In this document: positions 1 to 11,033 of the stretch, piece after piece
How the letters are laid out: every line of letters begins with the position of its first letter
How positions within the stretch are numbered: position 1 is the stretch's first letter
NCBI GenBank assembly: GCA_964106915.2
Contig: OZ066914.1
DNA: 64,000 bases
Strand: one strand, 5' to 3'
From: Podarcis gaigeae
Taxonomy: Eukaryota
The notes under the pieces: generated by a model
What the model was told of the DNA's origin: nothing
The model's input: only the letters and a program-made list of their open reading frames with translations
Databases searched by the model: none
Made by a program: the position numbers and the translations under genes

Positions 1-2146
1 TTCAAAAATGATGCACGTACAGACAAGCATACAGAGAGAGACACCAGGTGGTTCTGTGAAAGCTTGGTTGGCTTTAATCAAAACGATTCATTGTGGAAAA
101 AGTCCTATGAATAATTCCCCATGTTTCTGGCACCAGCTTTGATCTGATTTGGAGTACACAAGGCACTTTTTAGATGACATATTAAAATTATATATGTGAG
201 CTTTGTCGGCAACAGTTTATCAGTTTGGATTGGAAAAACAAGATTTTGAGCATCCTGTGTTGACCAAATAATATTTAGTACAGTTCAGGAATCGAGATAG
301 GTCTTTCTCCACATTTCTAGTCAGTCTCATCAAGTGCAGTTTGTAATTCCCAGGGCAAAGCTCACTTCCCCTGTTTATAACTGGTATAACACAGGCCAGG
401 ATTGGGTTTCTTCAAACAAAATTGGTAGGCAATGTAGACGATAGAGAAAGCCTAGTGAAAGTATTATGGGAAAAGTTGAATTTATAGATTAATGTATCCA
501 GGGAAGGGATGCAGCATACTGGTAGATCTTTCTTTTAGATTCTTTTAGCTTCAATCCCTGGCATCTTCTAGTAGGGCTGGAAAGGATTTGTGACTGAAAT
601 CCTGGAGAGATCCTGCGAGAAAGGCCAGGCATAGGGAACATGTTCCTGGATTTCAGCTCCCATAAGCCCAGCCAACATGGGCAATGGTCAGGGATGATGG
701 GAATTGGAGTCCTATAATGTTTGGAGTGCCTCTGTTTCCCAACCCCAGTATAGTCCCTGGTATAAAGGATCAGTGGTGTAAAGCAGATTTCTGAGCCCTT
801 ATGAGCATAGCTTTTAGATCATATAAAATATTACTGATTGTGGTGGAAGATTTGTTATCTTGGCCCCTTGGACATAGGACCCAAATGGAAGGTTGCGTTA
901 TGAACTGACCCTATAAGAGCTTATCTGTCATATCTGGCTACTCTCTCCTTAGTCTGGTGTTATAGGTGCTTTGATAGGAAGTCCGGAAGAAGAAGCACAA
1001 AGTAATTCACATGGACACAGTATTTTCATTTCCCTGACAAGTCTGGTGTTGTCATCATGTGCTTAGCTTAAACTGTTGAACAAGCCACATGGCAAACTTC
1101 TCTCCCTGCATGGAAATGTTATTTGTTTCTAATATCCCCGTGAAACTTTAATGTTCTGCATGTTTCCTGTAACAACACATGGCAGAAACATTTTTCTTAC
1201 ATATTGAACCTATGCTCTACTCATTGGCCGGTCAATAAATACCATACTTACTTTACCCTGTTCTTCTATAACTACTCTCCTTCAATTTGGGCTTGTGCTC
1301 TTGCCACAGTTTCCTGCAGCTGAAGTGTTTATTAGCATGATGTGCCTGTGCTATGCTTTCCACAACTGTATCACCAGCTGTGTCATATCCTCTTATGAGT
1401 CATCTAAAGGGCTTCAAACAAAGCAATAAGGTGCATCCGTCTTCTTGAAGCCACAACTTAATCTTTGTAATCTGGCAGCTGAGCTCTCCTCAAATGTGAT
1501 TTGCAGGAAGTACTTCCACAGCAGTGGCAAACTTAGAGGGCACATCTCTTTCTATGGCCAGATTTCCTCAGTTGTGGTTTTGTCTTGTTTGCGGTCAGGG
1601 GACCTGCATGAGCAAGAATGTGCTTTGCCAGATTTTTGGTGAACTGAAAACTTTCACTTTTCTTTCAAACTAATGTGGAATGTCTTCTGTTTGCAATTTT
1701 GAGACATGCACCCTTGCACTGAGGGGCATTCTTCACTCTCTTCGGAGTAGAGTATCTGTACATTTATTCAGATGAAAACAATCCTGCTTCTTAACAAACC
1801 TTTGGCTTATCTGTTTGAAGCCATGGGTGGTGGTGGAATCACACAATTTGGTTTTGCTTTTTTGGGGAGCAGTGGGGAAATAGACAATTTTGGGGGGAAA
1901 CTGAAATGCATGCTTATTTATCATCCAACCTAAACTTATTTGATTTCTCTAACAGCTTAAAATCTATCATTTATAGTAGCACATATTTGGCACATATATG
2001 AGTTTTATGCTATGCACATCTACTCAGAAGTAAAATCCATTCTTTTTAGTGTAGCTTAAGCTTGGGCAAGTGCCTAGGACTGCAGCATCAAAAAATGAAT
2101 ACTGTACTTTAGTTTTATACAAGCAAAATTGTGAATACACCCACTA

Positions 2147-2147
2147 T

Positions 2148-2202
<55 letters not shown>
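2147..2202. repeat. (AAAG)n microsatellite
   Basis: Direct observation. Confidence 0.95.
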
Positions 2203-2541
2203 TGCTACAAATTGTTGTACCCTATGCTATCTAAGTGGATATATATTAGTTTGTGGGGTTTTTTGTGATCTGCAGGCAGCACTGCAGAAATTCATAATTG
2301 ATTCGGGTGTTGTATATATTTAACACTGTACATAGTTTTAAGTAAAAATCTTTATACTGCCCATATTGAGTGAACACAACCCCTTCTTGGGTGCAAATTA
2401 TATAGTATCTGAGAAAGAGAGCGGACCTAGCGGCTTTAAAAGTTTTAACTTCTTATTTTATAACAAAACAACCCCCTACCCAAAAGTATAGAGCAACCAA
2501 GTTGACTTCAATTCATAGTGTAAGTATGCTTTGCAAATGGT

Positions 2542-2542
<1 letters not shown>

Positions 2543-2588
<46 letters not shown>
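2543..2588. repeat. (TAT)n microsatellite next to the BRF1 acceptor
   Basis: Direct observation. Confidence 0.95.
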
Positions 2589-2607
2589 TATTGTTTTCTC
2601 TTGAAAG

Positions 2608-2781
2608 GAAAACGGCAGATCCATCATTTGGGGAACCAGCTGCAACTGAATCAGCATTGCCTTGATACAGCCTTCAATTTTTTCAAGATGGCCGTGAGCA
2701 AGCACTTAACCCGAGGGAGGAAGATGACCCATGTGATCGCTGCTTGCCTCTACCTGGTGTGCAGAACAGAAGGCACTCCAC
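2608..2781 (+). CDS. BRF1: BRF1 internal coding exon (human exon 3 equivalent), first TFIIB-like cyclin repeat
   Basis: Encodes (G)[57 protein letters not shown], near-identical to vertebrate BRF1. 174 nt, phase 1-1. Acceptor ttgaaAG at 2606-2607; donor GTATCCTTT at 2782. Confidence 0.97.
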
Positions 2782-4925
2782 GTATCCTTTCACTGCTGCT
2801 TGAATATTTTGGGGGGCATTCCTTGGGCCGTTTGAGCGCTTAACTCTTCTGTGCTTATTCAAATATAAGTCCATTTTTGTACACTTTAATCTTGTCACTC
2901 ATGGAAGAAAACGCCAGGAAAACATTTTGTCTTGAATAAAAGTCAATGGTGAAATTGGTAGGGATTGTCCAATTTAATCTATAGTTGAATATGGTGCCCT
3001 AGCCTGTAGGGGAGGGGCATGAACGGACTACCCCCGCCCCTTTGCATTAGATCAGGCCACAATGTGATTATTCCACATTTCAGGTCAGCTCACTGATTCT
3101 ATGCACTGAGTATTTTTTTTTATAAACAATTAAATGTGCCTATTTACTAGCTGTGTATGCCCTAAATCTCTTGATGCATGTGCTTTTTAAGGGTGATTGT
3201 CTCATGTCAAAATATAACGACAACAAATTATATTTGCAACAATACAGTGTACAGGTAGCTTTCATCTTAAGCGGGGGATTGATTTGGGAGGTTCGCTCAT
3301 AAATGCAAAATTGCATATAGCCAGGAACCTCAGGAACTGCCAGCCCCCCTTCCAAGATGGAAGACAGTGTCCCAGAGCCCTCTTCCCTTCTTCCCAAAGC
3401 CTGGTAAGCAAGGAGAATCCACTGGGCGTGGGTGGGTGGGGGGTGGACAGTAAATAAATGGAGAGCAGGGCCTCTCCATTTATTTATTTCACCCACCCAT
3501 GCAAAACTGTGATGATGTAAGTAAAAGCAGCGTAAGATGCATTTCATTTTGATTAAAGCCAAAGCAGTCCTTTGAATCTTTCCACTCTGCGGAACAGGCA
3601 AACTGTGTTTCACATTTTGTACCCATTTCCACCTCAACTTCATGATCCTGGTGTTCTTTTCTGGTGTACCATTTTCTTGGGAATGCTTAATTTTTTTCAC
3701 ATTAGTGATGTTTGTTGTTTTCGGCTTCCTGCTCACGGAACAAACAAACGAACAAACAAACAAACAGTGATATGGGGTTCATACCACAATACAAGCACAA
3801 TGTGCAAACAAACCCAGTATATTGGATTCCTTCTGCTCCTTAGAATTTCAGGTCCGCATTGATAGAAGGAAATACTTCCTCAGGCGGACCAGGAATGAGC
3901 GTGTGCTTCCTTCAACAGAGCTATGCTACTTCTGTCCTTTGTTCGCCTGTTAGAATATTAAGCAGTTTCCCTTATTATCTAGGTAATGTGTTGCCTAAAC
4001 CTTAGACTTTAAAACTTAGCTCAAGGGTGGTGAACCCTTTCAGCCCTTCTTGGACCACGTTTGACAGGTGGGACATCACAATGGTGTCATGACTTGGCTT
4101 ACCCATGGCACTTTGAAAAGTATGTGAAGTCAGGTGTGGGGCAGGCTGGGTTGAAACAGCCTCGTGGGCCAAATGGAGTGGTCTGTCAGGTCTAATGAAG
4201 CCCACAGGTCAGAGGTTCCTTGCCTTAGAGGGGGTAGCAGAGCACAGTGTTTGGGATAAGAATGAAAAAGAACAAAAATACCGAAAATCCAACATGAATC
4301 ACAATATTTAAAGTAAACAGAAGATTAGATGAAAATGCATACGACAGTTCTGGCAGCAAATTGAGTGCTGAAGTAAGAGTTGAAGAAGGTTTCTTTAACC
4401 ACAGTAGAGCAAAAAAAGGCAAGCTCCTGGCTGCAGAAATAGAAATACCCAACGTTCAGTGTAAAGCTGCTTTCTTTTTAATGGTTTGCAGCAGAGCAAC
4501 TATATAATATAATGAGAAACATGTTTACATTTTCAAAGGGCAAAAAAGGTTGAAGAGTATGTTAAATTAACATTTTCAGCATGTTCAAAGTTTAGCTCTC
4601 AAGAAAACGTTTATAAAAGGGAAAGAAATAGACAAAAAGCTAAACATAAGAAATAGATTAAAGTGTAGGGAGGAATCCAGTGAAGTAGTTCCCTTAGTGC
4701 AAGGTTTTCCAATTGTGCAACAGAACTTCATCACCTTCTCCCTGTGTGCCCCCCACCCTCCCCAAATTTGCTCTTGAGGGTTGGTGGAAACCCCAGAACA
4801 GATTTATGGGCATATGGAGGAAACAGAGAGAGGGTAAGTTCTGTTCTACAGCCACAAGTCTTAGCACTAACAAAAATACTTCATTACATACCACCCATCA
4901 TTTCATGATACTGGGTGTTGTTAGT

Positions 4926-5385
4926 ATTTATTAAATTTGTATACTGCCCTTTGCCCAAAGATCACAGGGTGGTTTACAACATTAAAAAAAATGAGAACAC
5001 AAAATCCATAATAAAACAAAAGCAAACCAATAACGCCCCCCCCAAAAAAAAACCATACCGTATTTATTGCTCCATAAGACACACTTTTTTCCTCCTAAAA
5101 AGTAAGGGGAAATGTGTGTGTGTGTTATGGAGCGAATGGCGCTGCGCAGAGAGGGAGAGATTTTGTTTCTTGTTTTCTTCCTCTAAAAACTAGGTGCGTC
5201 CTATGGTCGGGTGCGTCTTATGCAGCAAAAAATACAGTATTTAAAAGGACGTAGAATGTTCAGTCAGCTAAAGGCTTGGTGATAGAGGAACGTTTTTGCC
5301 TGGCTCCTAAAGATATGTAATGAAGGTGCCAGGTGAGCCTCTCTGAGGGAGAGTATTTCAAAATGGGGAGCCATTGCAAAAAAAA
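4926..5385 (-). mobile_element. L2 3' fragment (same family as 47537), interrupted by a MITE
   Basis: Aligns with 47575-47820 apart from the 5058-5237 insertion. Confidence 0.7.
5058..5237. mobile_element. Tc2/pogo-type MITE
   Basis: About 27-bp TIRs ccgtatttattgctccataagacacac / gtgcgtcttatgcagcaaaaaatacag; TA on both sides. Confidence 0.85.
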
Positions 5386-6139
5386 AAAGGCCCCTTGAGT
5401 TTAAATTTAGAAAAATGAAATGCCATTGTAAATAGTATTTGCAAATTGATTAGCATCTTCTGATTCATGGTCTTTCTAAAGGAGCATTTAGGGCTAAACA
5501 AGAAGCCACCTCCTAATAAGGGAGGTTTTTTGGTACAAAAGTTGTAGCAATCTGCTTTCAAGCATGGGGGGTGGGTCTTTTGAAAAGAGGGTTGCATTTT
5601 GCCAGTAATTTCAACATTATGTGCAAATAATCTGGATATTAGCTACCAGGGTTATTTTGCAAGGTTGTGGGGAATAGGGGGCAGTTAAAAAGAATATGAT
5701 GGGGCGATGTTTGCCCTTTTTATTCTTTCATCAGCATAATTTGCTTCAGCTTTCCCCTTGTGGTTACCTTGACATTCGGCCCCCAGGACAACGTAGTATG
5801 TGTAAGAGACCATCTGGCACAGTGATCTATGTGGGTCTGTTACATAAGCTCAAGCAGTAACTAGAGTGGATAACTAATTTTGTGTATGTTGTCAGCCTGG
5901 GTATAGTGGAGTGTTTTCACTTTGGTGGAGTTTCACTTAAATTATGTGCCTGCCTTTTGCTGGATAGTTAGGTCCCCTCATTCCTGTGAACACGAACATG
6001 AGGTTATAACTGAAAGCAGTCCTCAAGAAGGGTTGTACTCTCCCCTCCCTTTTGTAATACTAAGTACACAGTCAAAATTCCCTGCTGCCTGGTCAGCCAG
6101 TTGCATGGAAGCAGATCTGCATAGCTCTGCATTGACTAT

Positions 6140-6660
6140 ATATAGCTCAATGCTTTGCATGCAGAAGGTCCCAGGTCAAGCACCATGCCAGATAAAAGCA
6201 TCAGGTTGCAGTGAGTGAAATATTCTGCTAGAAATTCTGGAGAGTTGCTGCTGGTCAAGAGTAGACAATACTGAGCTAAAAAGGTAAAGGTAAAGGACCC
6301 CTGACAGTTAAGTCCAGTCACGGACAACTCTGGGGTTTGCGGTGCTCATCTTGCTTTACAGGCCGAGGGAGCCGGCGTTTGTCCGCATACAGTTTATCCG
6401 GGTCATGTGGCCAGCATGACTAAGCCGCTTCTGGCGAAAGTAGAGCAGCGCACGGAAACGCCAATACCCTTCCTGCTGGAGCGGTACCTATTTATCTGCT
6501 TGCATTTTTTTGGCGTGCTTTTGAACTGCTAGGTTGGCAGGAGCTGGGACTGAGCAACGGGAGCTCACCTTGTTGCGGGGATTCGAACCGCTGACCACAG
6601 CGCCACCCGCGTCCCTTGATACTGAGCTAGATGGGTGAATAATTTGACCTGGCTTAAGGT
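6140..6660 (+). mobile_element. Squam3-like tRNA-derived SINE, split by the Sauria SINE
   Basis: tagctca...ctttgcatgcagaaggtcccagg...gtagacaatactgagcta|gatgg. Related copies at about 506-790, 8620-8720 (-), 33765-33905, 52262-52432 and 59018-59143. Confidence 0.7.
6279..6615 (-). mobile_element. Sauria SINE (Squam1) inserted in a Squam3-like SINE
   Basis: GGGACGCGGGTGGCGCTGTGG head, GGTTCGAATCC B box, (ACCTTT)n tail. TSD atactgagcta at 6268-6278 and 6619-6629. Confidence 0.9.
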
Positions 6661-6857
6661 TCCCATGAAACCTCCTCCATTACCATATGCTTGTAGTGTT
6701 TGGTAACACACCTATCCATTATGTTTAATGAGATGCACATATGTGCATCAGGTGGCCCTGCTTTCAGGCTTCTAGCAGTGCCTAGACCTGGAGGGGTAGT
6801 GAACTCTGTGGGGGATCACCACTAATGCACACAACTCCATGCGGGTATAGGTGAATT

Positions 6858-7720
6858 GTGAAGGTCCTGTGTGAGTGCCTGGAGGCGGTTGGAGGTTGGA
6901 TGGCGGCTAACAGATTGAGGTTGAATCCTGACAAGACAGAAGTACTGTTTTTGGGGGACAGGAGGCGGGCAGGTGTGGAGGATTCCCTGGTCCTGAATGG
7001 GGTAACTGTGCCCCTGAAGGACCAGGTGCGCAGCCTGGGAGTCATTTTGGACTCACGGCTGTCCATGGAGGCGCAGGTTAACTCTGTGTCCAGGGCAGCT
7101 GTCTACCAGCTCCACCTGGTACGCAGGCTAAGACCCTACCTCCCCGCGGACTGTCTCACCAGAGTGGTGCATGCTCTAGTTATCTCACGCTTGGACTGCT
7201 GCAACGCGCTCTACGTGGGGCTACCTTTGAAGGTGACCCGGAAACTGCAATTAATCCAGAATGCGGCAGCTAGACTGGTGACTGGGAGTGGCCGCCGGGA
7301 CCACATAACACCGGTTCTGAGAGATCTGCATTGGCTCCCAGTACGTTTCCGAGCACGATTCAAAGTGTTGGTGCTGACCTTTAAAGCCCTAAACGGCCTC
7401 GGTCCTGTATACCTGAAGGAGCGTCTCCACCCCCATCGTTCAGCCCTGACACTGAGATCCAGCACCGAGGGCCTTCTGGCGGTTCCCACATTGCGAGAAG
7501 TGAGGCTACAGGGAACCAGACAGAGGTCCTTCTCGGTAGTGGCGCCCGCCCTGTGGAACGCCCTCCCATCAGATGTCAAAGAGATAAAGAATTACCTGAC
7601 ATTCAGAAGAATCTTAAGGGAAGTTTTTAATATGTAATGCTGTACTGTTTTTAACACTGATTGGGAGCCGCCCAGAGTGGCTGGGGAAACTCAGCCAGAT
7701 GGGCGGGGTATAAATGATAA

Positions 7721-7766
<46 letters not shown>
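6858..7766 (+). mobile_element. L2 LINE 3' fragment (RT C-terminus, 3'UTR, (ATT)n tail)
   Basis: ORF with WMAANRLRLNPDKTE, VHALVISRLDCCNALY and LHWLPVRFR motifs typical of L2 ORF2; microsatellite tail. Confidence 0.92.
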
Positions 7767-10736
7767 GATTTGGTCTTGCTAAGGGCAGGAAAGCTGTAGG
7801 TGCCTTGTCTGTCTTGAGTTTCAAGCCCCTTACAGGTCTGAATCTTAGAAGGAGAATCTTTGAATCTTGGTGAGCTGCAGTCTCTCGTTCTCTCACTGTA
7901 TTGCATCCTGCTGTGGGATTGAGTTTAATGAACTAGAAGTTCTTCAAATAAATGAATGCATAATAATACTGACCTGCCTTGCAAGCTTTTAAGGATTACA
8001 AAACGTAGATGTCTTTGAATCTCTTTGGATATGTTTAAGTGCTAAGTATTCGTATATGATGATAGTGCAAAAAACCTGCACCAAGAGAAGCAGAATTCAA
8101 TTATGGAAACTAAGCAACCCTCCTAATCAATGTAGTAAATCTAGAATTGATCATCCCAAAGACATGACTGCCTAGCCTTTGCTTGAAGACCTCTGGCAAA
8201 TGAGAGACCTCTAGCAAATGCAAAAATTTGCAGGACGCTGAATAATATGCCCATACCAAATTATCTGCTACTTTTGCACTGGTGTTCTCTCAACCCTGCA
8301 TATAAATTGAGAGAGTCCTTCCAGTAGGGCAAAATGGAAGGCTATAGAATGACTTTTAACAGTAGACTTGCTCTTCAGATTAGCCATAGTTGAGCTGGAA
8401 TTCGTCACAACATGCAGTGCACATTGTGTTTGTGTGTGTGCATAGATGAAGAATATAATTTTGCCAGATAATACATTGCAATAAATCAACTCTTATTTAG
8501 TGTGGTGTTTACTGATAACTTCTTTCTCATGTGAACATGCATAGCTGCCTTTTCTGGAGTCAGCCTGTCGGTCTCTCTGGCTCAGGGCTCTGTACTCTTG
8601 CAGCAGTTCTTTGTGGTCTAGGCAGAGGGGCTTTCTTAGTCCAGCTGCCTGGTATCCTTTGGTAGATGGCAGGGATTAAACCTGGGGATTTCTGCCTGCA
8701 CAGCATGTACTGAACTCCTCAGCTGCAAAATCCCCCCCCCCCAAATCTTGTTTTGTTTTTCTAATGGAAGGGTGACTCTCTGACTTCTTCCTGACCCTGA
8801 GCATTGCCCTTCTGCATCATTTGGGTGAATTACATGCAGGAACGTGTGCTGTAATCTTGGCAAGAAAGTGTTTTGATAACTCTAGCAGAGCAACCCAAGA
8901 AAGTACTTGGGAGAGGCTGCACATTTTTAAACTTCCAAACTACAGGCTGGAACAACTGGTTGTTCTTGCTATTAAGACCAAATTCTGAGTAGGATGTTTT
9001 GAAATGCATGGTAGTCTTGTGTAAGCGTTGCTTTCTTTTTTTCTTTAAAAAATCCTGCCCTTCCTCCAAGAAGTTCGGGATTATGTGCAAGGCTCTCCTC
9101 CATTTTATCTTTATACAACAGTAAGGTGGGTGTGATGAGCTGCCAGAGCTTGCCGGTCCTTTGCTAGTACCCGGCCCTCTAAGTGGGCCTGATCAGCGCC
9201 AACAGGCACCAGCCAGGCAATGACCCCTGAGGAGACTCTCCACCTTTGGGAGAAGAAGGGTGGGACACTCCACCAGCTGCTTGATGGCAGAGAAGGAGCC
9301 CAGTTGTTGTTTGTTAGGGAAGAAGGAAGGGAGGCGAAGCCCAGTAGAGACACAGGAAACAGTTTGGGCAAACTGGATGCTCACATAAGGTGCTTCTGCA
9401 GAAATTGGGGAAAGGTGGTCCTTGCTTCCAGTTGGAGATCTTCACCAGGCCGCTCCCCTAAGCCCTGTTGCACATGGTGTGAGAAAGTATACCAAGGGCC
9501 TGTGTTGATATAGCACCTTCCTCTTGCTGGGGAGGCATAGGAGCCCTGGATTTTAGCCTGCCAAGGGCTCTGAGGCAGAAAACCTCTGTCCTTTTTGGAG
9601 AAAGAGCCTCCCCTGGAACACGGAGGCAGCCCTGGGAGGAACTTACTGACTCTGGGGTTTGGTTTGGCCTGGGAAAAGAAGACATGGATATCTTGAGAAA
9701 AGCACAGCACTGAAACAACTCTGAGAAGAAGAGGACTTGGTGCTGGGAGGACTGCAGGTCTGCGAGGAAAGCAGATATTATGAAGCAACACTTTGGGCAG
9801 AAAACCTGATATGCAGTTGACCAAGCATGAGTTGGTGGTGCCTTTGCTTGATGGCCCGTGCAAGTCATGGAACATGCCCCCTTTGACGTCGTCCTTCCCC
9901 AGGGCTCCTTCCCCAGGTGCAGTGCGCTAGACTGAAAGTTAGGACAAGGGCTGACTTCGATGTGAGAGATCCAGGGTCAGGATCTCTGACAGTTTAATCA
10001 ATACTAATAGAAGCTTTGGGGTGGGAACAACAACAACAATATCATCATCATCTGAGGGACCATTGTGGCTCAGATATGACAATAGTACTATTGGGGGAAA
10101 AGACGCCTCAGTTGTTTTGATTTTGAATTATAAGCATTTTCAAAATTTACTAGATTGCCAAGTGTAGTTAAGGATAGTTAAGGATATTCACTTATGGAGT
10201 TGCTATTTCTGCCAATTTGAGCATTTTATTATGTTCACAATAACATAAAGCACCTAAAACCAATTAAGAGTCCATGCAAAACCTGAAAAGTAAACAGGCA
10301 CTGCATGCAGGCTTGCAATCCAATCAGAGAAGAGTCCTGCAAAGAGGAAAATGAATGAAGGTAAATAAGAGGGAAGGGGCAGTTGGCAAACTCTCCCCGT
10401 CATCTCACAACTAGAAGATTGGACTGAGTTGTTTTCACTAGGATTTAGCCAACAGATGGCTCACCGTGTGAACTTTTGGTAGACAGGAATAACTGCAGCT
10501 GGTGATGGAAAATATGAAGGATGGACCCCCTGCACTCTCGACAAATGGGCTTTAATTTTCCTTTCCACATATGCTGCCGTGTGTATCGTTTTGGAGAGCG
10601 AGCGAGCCAGATAAGAATGTTCCTGTGTCACTGAGTAAAAAGAGGGTGTTTCTTCCTAGTGGGAACAGGATACAGGTGCACAATGTGTGCTTGGTGTTTA
10701 CAAGTTAACCCTCTTCCTCGCACCAGAAGAACAAAG

Positions 10737-11033
10737 CTGGACAAAATGCTAAATTGTACTTGTACAAAAACAGTCACATGTAGACTGTAATCTTACTTAA
10801 ATTTGTAATGTCTGAAACAACACTTGACATATTTTTATATTACATTTTTTATCCCTCCTTCCAAGAAGAGCATAGATTAGAATCATAGAATTCTGGACAA
10901 AATGCTAAATTGTACTTGTACAAAAACAGTCACATGAAGACTGTAATCCTACTTAAATTTGTAATGTCTGAAACAACACTTGACATATTTTTATATTACA
11001 TTTTTTATCCCTCCTTCCAAGAAGAGCATAGAT
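10737..11033. repeat. 141-bp direct duplication with a 15-bp spacer
   Basis: Copies 10737-10877 and 10893-11033 differ at 2 positions; spacer tagaatcatagaatt. Confidence 0.95.

Noticed and set aside
2502-2607. Poly-Ile / poly-Asn ORF segments here and at 7.7, 38.2, 46.4 and 47.5 kb
   Set aside because: Translations of (ATT)n microsatellites, mostly L2 tails.
3140-3862. 207-aa minus-strand ORF and a faint Cys-containing motif in another frame suggestive of a transposase tail
   Set aside because: Similarity too weak; no TIRs or TSD found.
6858-7637. 259-aa ORF as a host gene or active LINE
   Set aside because: 5'-truncated L2 ORF2 fragment without the RT catalytic core or endonuclease.
8652-8660. 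Extra GTATCCTTT U12-donor matches at 8652 and 56644
   Set aside because: No associated exon or U12 branch site; both lie in or beside decayed repeats; compatible with chance.
9111-9875. Overlapping ORFs in a moderately GC-rich non-repeat segment
   Set aside because: No recognisable protein in the frames I examined and no convincing splice pair; a BLASTX would settle it.
10737-11033. Repeat-spacer-repeat pattern as CRISPR-like
   Set aside because: Eukaryotic context, only two 141-bp units, and the spacer is a CR1 tail.
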